From the NCBI GenBank assembly GCA_000146045.2, contig BK006937.2, positions 32,001 to 96,000 on the forward strand: 64,000 nucleotides of DNA. The letters run 5' to 3'. Shown one piece after another: positions 52,627 to 64,000 of the stretch. Position 1 is the first letter of the stretch. The number at the start of each line of letters is the position of its first letter. This DNA comes from TPA_inf: Saccharomyces (Eukaryota). A model generated the notes under the pieces. It saw only the letters and a list, made by a program, of their open reading frames with translations, had not been told where the DNA came from and did no database searches. A program made the translations under genes and the position numbers.

Positions 52627-52802
52627 TATGGATTCCTAAATCCTCGAGGAGAATTTATAATATAGTCTGTATACATAATATTATAGCTTCTAACGACAAT
52701 GGAATTCTAACAATTATCAAATTGTCCGCCAGTTCCTCAAAAAGATCCATGTATAATCTTCATTATTACAGCCCTCTTGACCTCTAATCATGAATGTTCT
52801 CA
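52627..52802 (+). mobile_element. Diverged delta 3' fragment (176 bp) beginning TATGGATTCCTAAATCC... and ending ...TGTTCTCA
   Basis: It aligns to the distal part of a delta but carries many substitutions and insertions, so it is an older or different LTR variant. Confidence 0.65.
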
Positions 52803-52810
52803 AATAAATC

Positions 52811-53142
52811 TGTTGGAATAAAAATCAACTATCATCTACTAACTAGTATTTACGTTACTAGTATATTATCATATACGGTGTTAGAAGATGACGCAAATGA
52901 TGAGAAATAGTCATCTAAATTAGTGGAAGCTGAAACGCAAGGATTGATAATGTAATAGGATCAATGAATATTAACATATAAAATGATGATAATAATATTT
53001 ATAGAATTGTGTAGAATTGCAGATTCCCTTTTATGGATTCCTAAATCCTCGAGGAGAACTTCTAGTATATCTACATACCTAATATTATTGCCTTATAAAA
53101 AATGGAATCCCAACAATTACATCAAAATCCACGTTCTCTTCA
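52811..53142 (+). repeat. Ty2 5' LTR (332 bp)
   Basis: TGTTGG...TCTTCA. It differs from the 3' LTR at two or more positions (TTATAAAAAATGG vs TTATTAAAAATGG; ACGTTCTC vs ACATTCTC). Confidence 0.9.
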
Positions 53143-54418
53143 TGGTAGCGCCTATGCTTCGGTTACTTCTAAGGAAGTCCCATCAAATCAAGATCCGTTA
53201 GCCGTTTCAGCTTCCAATTTACCGGAATTTGATAGAGATTCCACTAAGGTTAATTCTCAACAAGAGACAACACCTGGGACATCAGCTGTTCCAGAGAACC
53301 ATCATCATGTCTCTCCTCAACCTGCTTCAGTACCACCTCCACAGAATGGACAGTACCAACAGCACGGCATGATGACCCCAAACAAAGCTATGGCCTCTAA
53401 CTGGGCACATTACCAACAACCGTCTATGATGACGTGTTCACATTATCAAACGTCACCTGCGTATTATCAACCGGACCCACACTATCCGTTGCCACAGTAT
53501 ATCCCACCACTGAGTACTTCCTCACCTGATCCAATCGATTCACAGAATCAACACTCTGAAGTACCTCAAGCTGAGACAAAGGTGAGAAATAACGTCTTAC
53601 CACCACACACTTTAACATCAGAAGAAAACTTTTCTACATGGGTTAAATTTTACATCAGATTTTTGAAGAACTCTAATCTCGGTGACATCATTCCAAATGA
53701 CCAGGGTGAAATCAAAAGACAAATGACTTATGAAGAACATGCGTATATATACAATACCTTCCAAGCATTTGCCCCATTTCATTTATTGCCAACATGGGTA
53801 AAACAAATTTTAGAAATTAATTATGCTGACATCCTTACAGTCCTTTGTAAAAGTGTGTCCAAAATGCAAACTAACAATCAAGAATTAAAGGATTGGATAG
53901 CTCTTGCCAACCTTGAGTACGACGGAAGTACATCTGCTGATACATTTGAAATTACAGTCAGTACGATCATTCAGAGGCTAAAAGAAAACAATATCAATGT
54001 TAGCGACAGATTGGCCTGTCAACTAATACTTAAAGGTCTATCCGGTGACTTCAAATACCTACGTAATCAATATCGTACCAAAACGAACATGAAACTTTCC
54101 CAATTATTCGCTGAAATTCAGTTAATATATGACGAAAATAAAATCATGAATCTAAATAAACCGTCCCAATACAAACAACACAGCGAATACAAAAATGTTT
54201 CTCGCACATCTCCAAACACGACTAACACAAAGGTTACAACTCGTAATTATCAGAGAACAAATAGTTCAAAACCAAGAGCAGCAAAAGCTCACAATATTGC
54301 TACATCTAGTAAATTCTCAAGGGTGAACAATGATCACATTAATGAATCAACCGTTTCATCACAATACTTAAGCGATGACAACGAACTTAGTCTTAGGCCA
54401 GCAACAGAAAGAATCTAA
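53102..54418 (+). CDS. TYA: Ty2 TYA (Gag), 438 aa
   Basis: ORF begins inside the 5' LTR with [16 protein letters not shown]...; the length is typical of Ty2 Gag. Confidence 0.9.
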
Positions 54419-57400
54419 GCCAACACACACAATAGACTCGAATGACGAACTACCTGATCACCTTCTTATTGATTCAGGAGCTTCGCAAACGCTTGTCAGA
54501 TCAGCCCATTATTTACACCATGCAACACCCAATTCTGAAATAAACATAGTCGATGCTCAAAAACAAGACATTCCTATAAATGCCATTGGTAATCTTCACT
54601 TCAACTTTCAGAACGGCACCAAAACATCAATAAAAGCACTACACACACCAAACATAGCCTATGATCTATTAAGTTTGAGTGAGCTGGCTAATCAAAATAT
54701 TACTGCCTGCTTTACCAGAAACACTTTAGAAAGATCGGATGGTACAGTCCTAGCTCCCATAGTCAAACATGGAGACTTTTACTGGTTATCTAAAAAATAC
54801 CTAATTCCTTCGCACATTTCAAAGCTAACAATAAACAACGTCAACAAAAGCAAAAGCGTAAATAAATATCCATATCCGTTAATACATCGAATGCTTGGAC
54901 ATGCTAACTTCCGAAGTATTCAGAAGTCTCTTAAGAAGAATGCAGTTACATATTTGAAGGAATCGGATATTGAATGGTCTAACGCTAGCACATATCAATG
55001 TCCTGACTGTCTAATCGGCAAAAGCACGAAACATAGACATGTCAAAGGATCACGACTAAAGTACCAAGAATCATATGAGCCTTTTCAGTACTTGCATACC
55101 GATATATTTGGTCCTGTACATCACTTACCGAAAAGTGCACCTTCTTACTTTATATCGTTTACAGATGAGAAAACCAGATTCCAATGGGTGTACCCATTAC
55201 ACGACCGTCGTGAAGAATCTATCCTCAATGTTTTTACATCGATATTAGCATTTATTAAGAACCAATTCAATGCTCGCGTTCTAGTTATCCAGATGGATCG
55301 TGGCTCCGAGTACACTAACAAAACTCTTCATAAGTTCTTTACGAACAGAGGTATTACTGCATGCTATACAACCACGGCAGATTCTAGAGCACACGGTGTC
55401 GCTGAACGATTAAATCGTACTTTATTAAACGATTGTCGCACACTGCTTCATTGCAGTGGTCTACCAAATCATCTATGGTTCTCAGCAGTCGAATTTTCTA
55501 CTATAATCAGAAATTCATTAGTCTCACCAAAAAACGATAAATCCGCAAGACAACATGCAGGTTTAGCTGGACTGGACATTACTACTATACTACCTTTCGG
55601 TCAACCGGTTATAGTTAACAACCATAATCCCGACTCGAAAATACATCCTCGTGGCATTCCAGGTTACGCCTTACATCCGTCACGAAACTCTTATGGCTAT
55701 ATTATCTATCTTCCATCATTAAAAAAGACAGTAGATACTACCAATTACGTTATATTACAAGACAAGCAATCCAAATTGGACCAATTCAATTATGATACAC
55801 TCACCTTTGATGATGATCTCAATCGTTTAACAGCCCATAACCAATCTTTTATTGAACAAAATGAAACGGAGCAGTCATATGATCAAAATACAGAATCTGA
55901 TCATGACTATCAATCGGAGATTGAAATAAACTCTGATCCTCTAGTGAACGACTTCTCGTCCCAATCAATAAACCCTTTACAATTAGACAAGGAACCAGTC
56001 CAAAAAGTACGTGCACCAAAAGAAGTTGATGCCGACATATCTGAATACAATATTCTTCCATCTCCTGTACGATCTCGTACACCCCATATCATTAATAAAG
56101 AGAGTACCGAAATGGGTGGTACCGTTGAATCAGATACTACTTCACCTAGACACTCGTCTACCTTCACTGCACGAAACCAAAAGCGACCTGGTAGTCCCAA
56201 TGATATGATTGATTTGACCTCACAGGATAGAGTTAATTATGGACTTGAAAACATCAAAACTACACGTTTGGGTGGTACGGAGGAACCATATATTCAACGA
56301 AATAGTGATACAAATATCAAATACAGGACTACAAATAGTACGCCCTCAATAGATGACCGTTCGTCCAACAGTGAATCCACTACTCCCATCATCTCCATAG
56401 AAACAAAGGCTGTATGTGATAATACACCCTCCATTGATACGGATCCGCCAGAATATCGATCTTCTGACCATGCGACTCCTAATATAATGCCTGACAAATC
56501 CTCAAAAAATGTTACGGCTGATTCTATTCTTGACGACCTCCCACTTCCTGACTTAACCCATCAATCTCCTACGGACACTTCTGATGTTTCAAAAGATATT
56601 CCACACATACACTCTCGTCAGACTAATTCCAGTTTGGGTGGTATGGATGATTCTAATGTTCTGACTACTACCAAAAGTAAGAAAAGATCATTAGAAGATA
56701 ATGAAACTGAAATTGAGGTATCCCGAGACACATGGAATAATAAGAATATGAGAAGTCTGGAACCACCAAGATCGAAGAAACGCATAAATTTAATTGCAGC
56801 AATAAAAGGAGTGAAATCGATCAAACCAGTTCGAACGACCTTAAGATATGATGAAGCAATTACTTATAATAAAGACAACAAAGAAAAAGACAGATATGTT
56901 GAAGCTTATCATAAAGAAATTAGCCAACTATTGAAAATGAACACTTGGGATACAAACAAATATTATGATAGAAATGACATAGATCCTAAAAAAGTAATAA
57001 ACTCAATGTTTATATTTAACAAGAAACGTGATGGTACACACAAAGCTAGATTTGTTGCAAGAGGCGACATTCAACACCCCGATACATATGATTCTGATAT
57101 GCAATCCAATACCGTACATCACTATGCACTGATGACGTCACTGTCAATCGCATTAGACAACGACTATTATATCACACAGCTGGACATATCCTCTGCTTAC
57201 TTATATGCTGATATCAAAGAAGAATTATACATAAGACCTCCACCACATTTAGGTTTGAATGATAAATTACTACGTTTGAGAAAATCACTCTATGGTTTGA
57301 AACAAAGTGGTGCAAACTGGTATGAAACCATTAAATCATATTTAATAAATTGTTGCGACATGCAAGAAGTTCGCGGATGGTCATGCGTATTTAAGAATAG

Positions 57401-58415
57401 TCAAGTAACAATTTGCTTATTCGTTGATGATATGATATTATTCAGCAAAGACTTAAATGCAAATAAGAAAATCATAACAACACTCAAGAAACAATACGAT
57501 ACAAAGATAATAAATCTGGGTGAAAGTGATAACGAAATTCAGTACGACATACTTGGATTAGAGATCAAATATCAAAGAAGCAAGTACATGAAATTAGGTA
57601 TGGAAAAATCCTTGACAGAAAAATTACCCAAACTAAACGTACCTTTGAACCCAAAAGGAAAGAAACTTAGAGCTCCAGGTCAACCAGGTCATTATATAGA
57701 CCAGGATGAACTAGAAATAGATGAAGATGAATACAAAGAGAAAGTACATGAAATGCAAAAGTTGATTGGTCTAGCTTCATATGTTGGATATAAATTTAGA
57801 TTTGACTTACTATACTACATCAACACACTTGCTCAACATATACTATTCCCCTCTAGGCAAGTTTTAGACATGACATATGAGTTAATACAATTCATGTGGG
57901 ACACTAGAGATAAACAATTAATATGGCACAAAAACAAACCTACCAAGCCAGATAATAAACTAGTCGCAATAAGCGATGCTTCATATGGTAACCAACCATA
58001 TTACAAGTCACAAATTGGTAACATTTTCCTACTCAACGGAAAAGTGATTGGAGGAAAGTCGACAAAGGCTTCGTTAACATGCACTTCAACTACAGAAGCA
58101 GAAATACACGCAGTCAGTGAAGCTATTCCGCTATTGAATAACCTCAGTCACCTTGTGCAAGAACTTAACAAGAAACCAATTATTAAAGGCTTACTTACTG
58201 ATAGTAGATCAACGATCAGTATAATTAAGTCTACAAATGAAGAGAAATTTAGAAACAGATTTTTTGGCACAAAGGCAATGAGACTTAGAGATGAAGTATC
58301 AGGTAATAATTTATACGTATACTACATCGAGACCAAGAAGAACATTGCTGATGTGATGACAAAACCTCTTCCGATAAAAACATTTAAACTATTAACTAAC
58401 AAATGGATTCATTAG
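53102..58415 (+). CDS. TYB: Ty2 TYA-TYB Gag-Pol fusion (1770 aa) via +1 ribosomal frameshift at CTTAGGC (54392-54398); effectively join(53102..54394, 54396..58415)
   Basis: The frameshift heptamer CUU-AGG-C lies in the 44-bp TYA/TYB overlap. TYB encodes protease, an integrase zinc/DDE region, reverse transcriptase (YxDD-like [10 protein letters not shown]) and RNase H. (5313 nt = 1770 codons + stop.). Confidence 0.85.
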
Positions 58416-58437
58416 ATCTATTACATTATGGGTGGTA

Positions 58438-58769
58438 TGTTGGAATAAAAATCAACTATCATCTACTAACTAGTATTTACGTTACTAGTATATTATCATA
58501 TACGGTGTTAGAAGATGACGCAAATGATGAGAAATAGTCATCTAAATTAGTGGAAGCTGAAACGCAAGGATTGATAATGTAATAGGATCAATGAATATTA
58601 ACATATAAAATGATGATAATAATATTTATAGAATTGTGTAGAATTGCAGATTCCCTTTTATGGATTCCTAAATCCTCGAGGAGAACTTCTAGTATATCTA
58701 CATACCTAATATTATTGCCTTATTAAAAATGGAATCCCAACAATTACATCAAAATCCACATTCTCTTCA
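58438..58769 (+). repeat. Ty2 3' LTR (332 bp)
   Basis: Direct repeat of the 5' LTR, followed by the AAATC duplication. Confidence 0.9.
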
Positions 58770-58858
58770 AAATCAATTGTCCTGTACTTCCTTGTTCATG
58801 TGTGTTCAAAAACGTTATATTTATAGGATAATTATACTCTATTTCTCAACAAGTAATT

Positions 58859-58972
58859 GGTTGTTTGGCCGAGCGGTCTAAGGCGCCTGATTCAAGAAAT
58901 ATCTTGACCGCAGTTAACTGTGGGAATACTCAGGTATCGTAAGATGCAAGAGTTCGAATCTCTTAGCAACCA
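58859..58972 (+). tRNA. tL(CAA): tRNA-Leu (anticodon CAA), tL(CAA), with a 32-nt intron at 58897-58928; the SUP53 locus next to LEU2
   Basis: GGTTGTTTGGCCGAGCGGTCTAAGGCGCCTGATTCAAG-[intron]-CTCAGGTATCGTAAGATGCAAGAGTTCGAATCTCTTAGCAACCA. It has a long type II variable arm, and the intron follows anticodon position 37. Confidence 0.95.
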
Positions 58973-58975
58973 TTA

Positions 58976-58982
58976 TTTTTTT
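58976..58982 (+). terminator. Pol III terminator T7 downstream of tRNA-Leu
   Basis: TTTTTTT run 4 nt after the tRNA 3' end. Confidence 0.6.
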
Positions 58983-59125
58983 CCTCAACATAACGAGAAC
59001 ACACAGGGGCGCTATCGCACAGAATCAAATTCGATGACTGGAAATTTTTTGTTAATTTCAGAGGTCGCCTGACGCATATACCTTTTTCAACTGAAAAATT
59101 GGGAGAAAAAGGAAAGGTGAGAGCG

Positions 59126-59135
59126 CCGGAACCGG
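59126..59135. promoter_or_regulatory. Leu3 binding site CCGGAACCGG (UAS-LEU) upstream of LEU2
   Basis: Palindromic CCGG-N2-CCGG everted repeat embedded in GCGCCGGAACCGGCTTT, about 190 bp upstream of the LEU2 ATG. Confidence 0.7.
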
Positions 59136-59323
59136 CTTTTCATATAGAATAGAGAAGCGTTCATGACTAAATGCTTGCATCACAATACTTGAAGTTGACA
59201 ATATTATTTAAGGACCTATTGTTTTTTCCAATAGGTGGTTAGCAATCGTCTTACTTTCTAACTTTTCTTACCTTTTACATTTCAGCAATATATATATATA
59301 TATTTCAAGGATATACCATTCTA

Positions 59324-60418
59324 ATGTCTGCCCCTAAGAAGATCGTCGTTTTGCCAGGTGACCACGTTGGTCAAGAAATCACAGCCGAAGCCATTAAGGT
59401 TCTTAAAGCTATTTCTGATGTTCGTTCCAATGTCAAGTTCGATTTCGAAAATCATTTAATTGGTGGTGCTGCTATCGATGCTACAGGTGTTCCACTTCCA
59501 GATGAGGCGCTGGAAGCCTCCAAGAAGGCTGATGCCGTTTTGTTAGGTGCTGTGGGTGGTCCTAAATGGGGTACCGGTAGTGTTAGACCTGAACAAGGTT
59601 TACTAAAAATCCGTAAAGAACTTCAATTGTACGCCAACTTAAGACCATGTAACTTTGCATCCGACTCTCTTTTAGACTTATCTCCAATCAAGCCACAATT
59701 TGCTAAAGGTACTGACTTCGTTGTTGTCAGAGAATTAGTGGGAGGTATTTACTTTGGTAAGAGAAAGGAAGACGATGGTGATGGTGTCGCTTGGGATAGT
59801 GAACAATACACCGTTCCAGAAGTGCAAAGAATCACAAGAATGGCCGCTTTCATGGCCCTACAACATGAGCCACCATTGCCTATTTGGTCCTTGGATAAAG
59901 CTAATGTTTTGGCCTCTTCAAGATTATGGAGAAAAACTGTGGAGGAAACCATCAAGAACGAATTCCCTACATTGAAGGTTCAACATCAATTGATTGATTC
60001 TGCCGCCATGATCCTAGTTAAGAACCCAACCCACCTAAATGGTATTATAATCACCAGCAACATGTTTGGTGATATCATCTCCGATGAAGCCTCCGTTATC
60101 CCAGGTTCCTTGGGTTTGTTGCCATCTGCGTCCTTGGCCTCTTTGCCAGACAAGAACACCGCATTTGGTTTGTACGAACCATGCCACGGTTCTGCTCCAG
60201 ATTTGCCAAAGAATAAGGTCAACCCTATCGCCACTATCTTGTCTGCTGCAATGATGTTGAAATTGTCATTGAACTTGCCTGAAGAAGGTAAGGCCATTGA
60301 AGATGCAGTTAAAAAGGTTTTGGATGCAGGTATCAGAACTGGTGATTTAGGTGGTTCCAACAGTACCACCGAAGTCGGTGATGCTGTCGCCGAAGAAGTT
60401 AAGAAAATCCTTGCTTAA
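59324..60418 (+). CDS. LEU2: LEU2 (YCL018W) 3-isopropylmalate dehydrogenase
   Basis: 364-aa [22 protein letters not shown]..., unmistakably the widely used LEU2 marker sequence. Confidence 0.98.
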   Translation: MSAPKKIVVLPGDHVGQEITAEAIKVLKAISDVRSNVKFDFENHLIGGAAIDATGVPLPDEALEASKKADAVLLGAVGGPKWGTGSVRPEQGLLKIRKELQLYANLRPCNFASDSLLDLSPIKPQFAKGTDFVVVRELVGGIYFGKRKEDDGDGVAWDSEQYTVPEVQRITRMAAFMALQHEPPLPIWSLDKANVLASSRLWRKTVEETIKNEFPTLKVQHQLIDSAAMILVKNPTHLNGIIITSNMFGDIISDEASVIPGSLGLLPSASLASLPDKNTAFGLYEPCHGSAPDLPKNKVNPIATILSAAMMLKLSLNLPEEGKAIEDAVKKVLDAGIRTGDLGGSNSTTEVGDAVAEEVKKILA

Positions 60419-60776
60419 AAAGATTCTCTTTTTTTATGATATTTGTACATAAACTTTATAAATGAAATTCATAATAGAAACGACACGAAATTACAAAATG
60501 GAATATGTTCATAGGGTAGACGAAACTATATACGCAATCTACATACATTTATCAAGAAGGAGAAAAAGGAGGATGTAAAGGAATACAGGTAAGCAAATTG
60601 ATACTAATGGCTCAACGTGATAAGGAAAAAGAATTGCACTTTAACATTAATATTGACAAGGAGGAGGGCACCACACAAAAAGTTAGGTGTAACAGAAAAT
60701 CATGAAACTATGATTCCTAATTTATATATTGGAGGATTTTCTCTAAAAAAAAAAAAATACAACAAATAAAAAACAC

Positions 60777-62270
60777 TCAATGACCTGACCATTTGATGGA
60801 GTTTAAGTCAATACCTTCTTGAACCATTTCCCATAATGGTGAAAGTTCCCTCAAGAATTTTACTCTGTCAGAAACGGCCTTAACGACGTAGTCGACCTCC
60901 TCTTCAGTACTAAATCTACCAATACCAAATCTGATGGAAGAATGGGCTAATGCATCATCCTTACCCAGCGCATGTAAAACATAAGAAGGTTCTAGGGAAG
61001 CAGATGTACAGGCTGAACCCGAGGATAATGCGATATCCCTTAGTGCCATCAATAAAGATTCTCCTTCCACGTAGGCGAAAGAAACGTTAACACACCCTGG
61101 ATAACGATGATCTGGAGATCCGTTCAACGTGGTATGTTCAGCGGATAATAGACCTTTGACTAATTTATCGGATAGTCTTTTGATGTGAGCTTGGTCGTTG
61201 TCAAATTCTTTCTTCATCAATCTCGCAGCTTCACCAAATCCCGCTACCAATGGGGGGGCCAAAGTACCAGATCTCAATCCTCTCTCTTGGCCACCACCGG
61301 ATAGTAAAGGTTCTAATCTAACTCTTGGTCTCCTTCTTACATAGATGGCACCTATTCCCTTTGGACCGTAAATCTTGTGAGAAGAAATTGATAGTAAATC
61401 AATGTTCATTTCATTGACATCAATGTGAATCTTACCATAGGCTTGTGCGGCGTCAGTATGAAAGTAGATCTTATTCTTTCTACAAATTGCACCAATTTCT
61501 TTAATAGGTTGAATGACACCGATTTCATTATTGACAGCCATCACAGAGACGAGACAGGTATCTGGTCTAATGGCATCTTCCAATTCCTTCAAATCGATAA
61601 GACCTTGATCGTCCACATTTAGGAAAGTGACTTCAAATCCCTCCTTCATCATGGCCCGTGCGGCTTCCAAGACACACTTGTGTTCCGTTCTAGTGGTGAT
61701 GATGTGTTTCTTAGTCTTCTTATAAAATCTTGGGACACCCTTAAGAACCATATTATTAGATTCGGTCGCTCCCGAAGTGAATATTATTTCCTTGGGGTCG
61801 GCATTGATCATCTTTGCTACGTGAGCTCTAGCATTTTCCACAGCAGTATTTGTTTCCCAACCGTAAGAGTGAGTGTTGGAATGAGGATTACCATAAAGTC
61901 CCGTATAAAACTTCAACATCGTATCCAAAACCCTAGGGTCTGTTGGTGTAGTGGCTTGCATGTCAAGATATATGGGACGAGTACCAAAACCTGTGTTTTC
62001 TTGATAAGCATGGCTCATTGCAGTGCTACCAGAAGCTACTACAGCATCTGGGGTGGTACCGGATGCACTCGCACGGGCACTAGCCTGTGCCTTTGCAGCA
62101 GCCTGAATATCGGTATGCGTTTCCAGAGAGAAGTTGTCGTCTAACTTCACGCCTGCTGCAGGAGGGGAATAGAATCTCCTGCTTACCAAACAAGCCCTAT
62201 ATGTGGCCGCTGGAACGTTGTAAACTTGAGATAATCTTGTTATCGATCTTGTAGCAGTTGATTTCAACAT
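60777..62270 (-). CDS. NFS1: NFS1 (YCL017C) mitochondrial cysteine desulfurase
   Basis: 497-aa ORF with an N-terminal mitochondrial presequence, a class V aminotransferase fold, the PLP-lysine motif [10 protein letters not shown] and the catalytic Cys loop SGSACTS. Confidence 0.95.
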   Translation of the reverse strand: MLKSTATRSITRLSQVYNVPAATYRACLVSRRFYSPPAAGVKLDDNFSLETHTDIQAAAKAQASARASASGTTPDAVVASGSTAMSHAYQENTGFGTRPIYLDMQATTPTDPRVLDTMLKFYTGLYGNPHSNTHSYGWETNTAVENARAHVAKMINADPKEIIFTSGATESNNMVLKGVPRFYKKTKKHIITTRTEHKCVLEAARAMMKEGFEVTFLNVDDQGLIDLKELEDAIRPDTCLVSVMAVNNEIGVIQPIKEIGAICRKNKIYFHTDAAQAYGKIHIDVNEMNIDLLSISSHKIYGPKGIGAIYVRRRPRVRLEPLLSGGGQERGLRSGTLAPPLVAGFGEAARLMKKEFDNDQAHIKRLSDKLVKGLLSAEHTTLNGSPDHRYPGCVNVSFAYVEGESLLMALRDIALSSGSACTSASLEPSYVLHALGKDDALAHSSIRFGIGRFSTEEEVDYVVKAVSDRVKFLRELSPLWEMVQEGIDLNSIKWSGH

Positions 62271-62620
62271 CTTCCAGTTGTAGCAGTTCCTTCGTGTATG
62301 CGATATATTTTAATGAAAATGATGTATCTGAAATAGAAAATATAACACACTAATGAACTCTGTCGGTCTTTACTCTGAGTGAGTTACTTAGATAGTCATC
62401 ATATATCCCTGGGCGATGGCCTTACTATTTGTCAGCGACCGTATCTAAAATTGGTAGGTCACTATCAACTATTGCGGGTAATAGGGTGCATAATAGTATT
62501 GTAATATATATAAATATATAAAGCTACTATGATAGATATTTGTTGCTATTCACGTCATCCACTATTACTTTAGTGGTTCCGCTATATATTCGCATTGCCC
62601 ATCGAAGGCAGTTTTGTGTG

Positions 62621-63763
62621 CTACCTGCTCGTGACCACGGTCTTTTTGCCCAGTCTTTTACGGCGGGCATACTTCATGATGAAACTGTCTATTTTCATAC
62701 CTCTTGAATTTAGTTCTTCAATTAGAGGCTTGATATCCTCCAAGTCCCACTGTGACTGTAGCCTAAACAGGACTTTAAACCGTTCTTTGGGGTCCATTGG
62801 TAGTGTGCTTTTCGCTATATACTGGACAGTCTTATCGGTAGGCTTGAAATGATAGCCTCGCAGCATGTCAATGTCAATGTCACATGGGAAGAAAGGTGGG
62901 AAAAGGGACTTCCACTTGATGAGGAACTCATCAATTGGCATGCTTATTCCAGAAACATATTTCCTTAGCGCTTGAATCCCGTACCACTGAGCTATAAACG
63001 GTATTCTCAAGCGCCACGTATTGTTTTCAGCCTCTTGCTCTTGAACAGCAAATTTATTCAGCACTGTTTCAATGATTTCTCTTGTGTATGGATTGAACTC
63101 GTCCTCAATGTCCTTCCCCACAGCGTGATGTGTATCCTCAACATTCAGATGCTGTAGATCGAGTGATTCTGCCATTGCGCTCATCAGTAGTACATGCAGT
63201 GCTTTGAAAAGGAAGTCTTGTGAAAGAATACACAACACACCGTCTTTCACAGATCCACCAATCTTATGCCATTTTGATATACCTTCTAGCGCAGAACATG
63301 GTGAGTTCTCAAGTAGTTCTTCCAGGGTCCCGATAACCTTTGTAGATGACCTCTTCATGATTTTGTCGGAGAAATCCAGTTCTCCGTTGTATATTGGTAC
63401 TGAATTCAAGTTCAATTCGCCATGTGTCTCTCTGGTCTCAAATTCTGATTCAGTCTTGGCGAATCCCACGACGTCCATGTACGGCTTGGACAGTCCAAAC
63501 AAGAGCGTTTCGTCGAAAGTAATAGGTTGTTCAGGAACAAATTCTCTCATTAGTAGAACTGTGTTTGAATGTTTGCGCTGCTTCAGCACCCAAGTCTTGT
63601 CGTGCGAACACAGTACAACTTCAGACTTGTCTTTGTCCAATGACTTAAACCTTAACTGGTGATTTTGAACCGGATCCTGTATTATATCCAGTAACTCTGG
63701 TGTCAACTGGATCAGCTTATAAGATGGATCATACTCGGGTGCGGAATGTAGGTTGATGGACAT
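62621..63763 (-). CDS. DCC1: DCC1 (YCL016C) subunit of the Ctf18 alternative RFC complex
   Basis: 380-aa ORF; length and position next to NFS1 match DCC1. Confidence 0.85.
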   Translation of the reverse strand: MSINLHSAPEYDPSYKLIQLTPELLDIIQDPVQNHQLRFKSLDKDKSEVVLCSHDKTWVLKQRKHSNTVLLMREFVPEQPITFDETLLFGLSKPYMDVVGFAKTESEFETRETHGELNLNSVPIYNGELDFSDKIMKRSSTKVIGTLEELLENSPCSALEGISKWHKIGGSVKDGVLCILSQDFLFKALHVLLMSAMAESLDLQHLNVEDTHHAVGKDIEDEFNPYTREIIETVLNKFAVQEQEAENNTWRLRIPFIAQWYGIQALRKYVSGISMPIDEFLIKWKSLFPPFFPCDIDIDMLRGYHFKPTDKTVQYIAKSTLPMDPKERFKVLFRLQSQWDLEDIKPLIEELNSRGMKIDSFIMKYARRKRLGKKTVVTSR

Positions 63764-64000
63764 GGTACAGGATTATTAGTGAGCAAATCTCTGGTGGATT
63801 TTTACCGTTCATCTCATAGTGCTTTTTTAGTTTATTTTTCACTTTTTTCTGGTTATACTATACGCTGCCTACTGAAGCAATAAGCAAGAAACACAACAGT
63901 ATAAAGGGACAAAGATAATAAACCGCCTACTACTAAATAATATCGCTGTGGTATGCTACTCCTAGAGATTTCGATCACCATCGTGGTGCTCTTTGTCATA

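Larger units (their letters stand above)
52811..58769 (+). mobile_element. Full-length Ty2 retrotransposon (YCLWTy2-1), 5959 bp, with AAATC target-site duplication (52806-10 / 58770-74)
   Basis: Two 332-bp direct LTRs enclose a 438-aa TYA ORF and a 1346-aa +1-frame TYB ORF. Just upstream of the 3' LTR sits a TGGGTGGTA polypurine tract. Confidence 0.95.

Overview
The window is Saccharomyces cerevisiae nuclear DNA from the left arm of chromosome III, running from the 3' part of SPB1 through LEU2 to DCC1. It is AT-rich, intron-poor and gene-dense, with yeast-style promoters and a Ty/tRNA cluster. From memory this matches S288C chrIII at roughly 32,001-96,000; that mapping is not verified here. 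I recognise the long ORFs by protein sequence and by exact length agreement with the known genes (LEU2, HIS4, PDI1, GLK1, RNQ1, FUS1, AGP1, NFS1 and others). Gene order, left to right: SPB1 (5'-truncated by the window edge), PBN1, LRE1, APA1, YCL049C, YCL048W-A, SPS22, POF1, EMC1, MGR1, PDI1, YCL042W, GLK1, GID7, ATG22, SRO9, GFD2, GRX1, LSB5, MXR2, STE50, RRP7, HIS4, BIK1, RNQ1, FUS1, FRM2, HBN1, AGP1, KCC4. Then come tRNA-Glu(UUC) and a cluster of solo and fragmentary delta LTRs surrounding YCL021W-A. A full-length Ty2 retrotransposon follows, with 332-bp LTRs, an AAATC target-site duplication and a TYA/TYB +1 frameshift. After it are the intron-containing tRNA-Leu(CAA), LEU2, NFS1 and DCC1. 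I see no prokaryotic-style system such as CRISPR or an operon, and no convincing undescribed gene. The most structurally interesting part is the Pol III-anchored Ty/delta cluster at 50.4-59.0 kb. It contains a delta inserted into or next to another delta with a TATGG duplication, and a tail-to-tail inverted delta pair forming a near-palindrome. Other features worth a look are the FRM2/HBN1 paralogue pair flanking a perfect ARS consensus match, the RNQ1 hexanucleotide repeat, and several recognisable promoter motif clusters (pheromone-response elements at FUS1, Gcn4 sites at HIS4, Leu3 UAS at LEU2, STREs at GLK1 and GRX1, a UPRE-like element at PDI1). A GC-rich cluster of direct and inverted repeats sits in the AGP1-KCC4 intergenic region. 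All motif calls rest on reading the sequence plus textbook knowledge; no searches were run.
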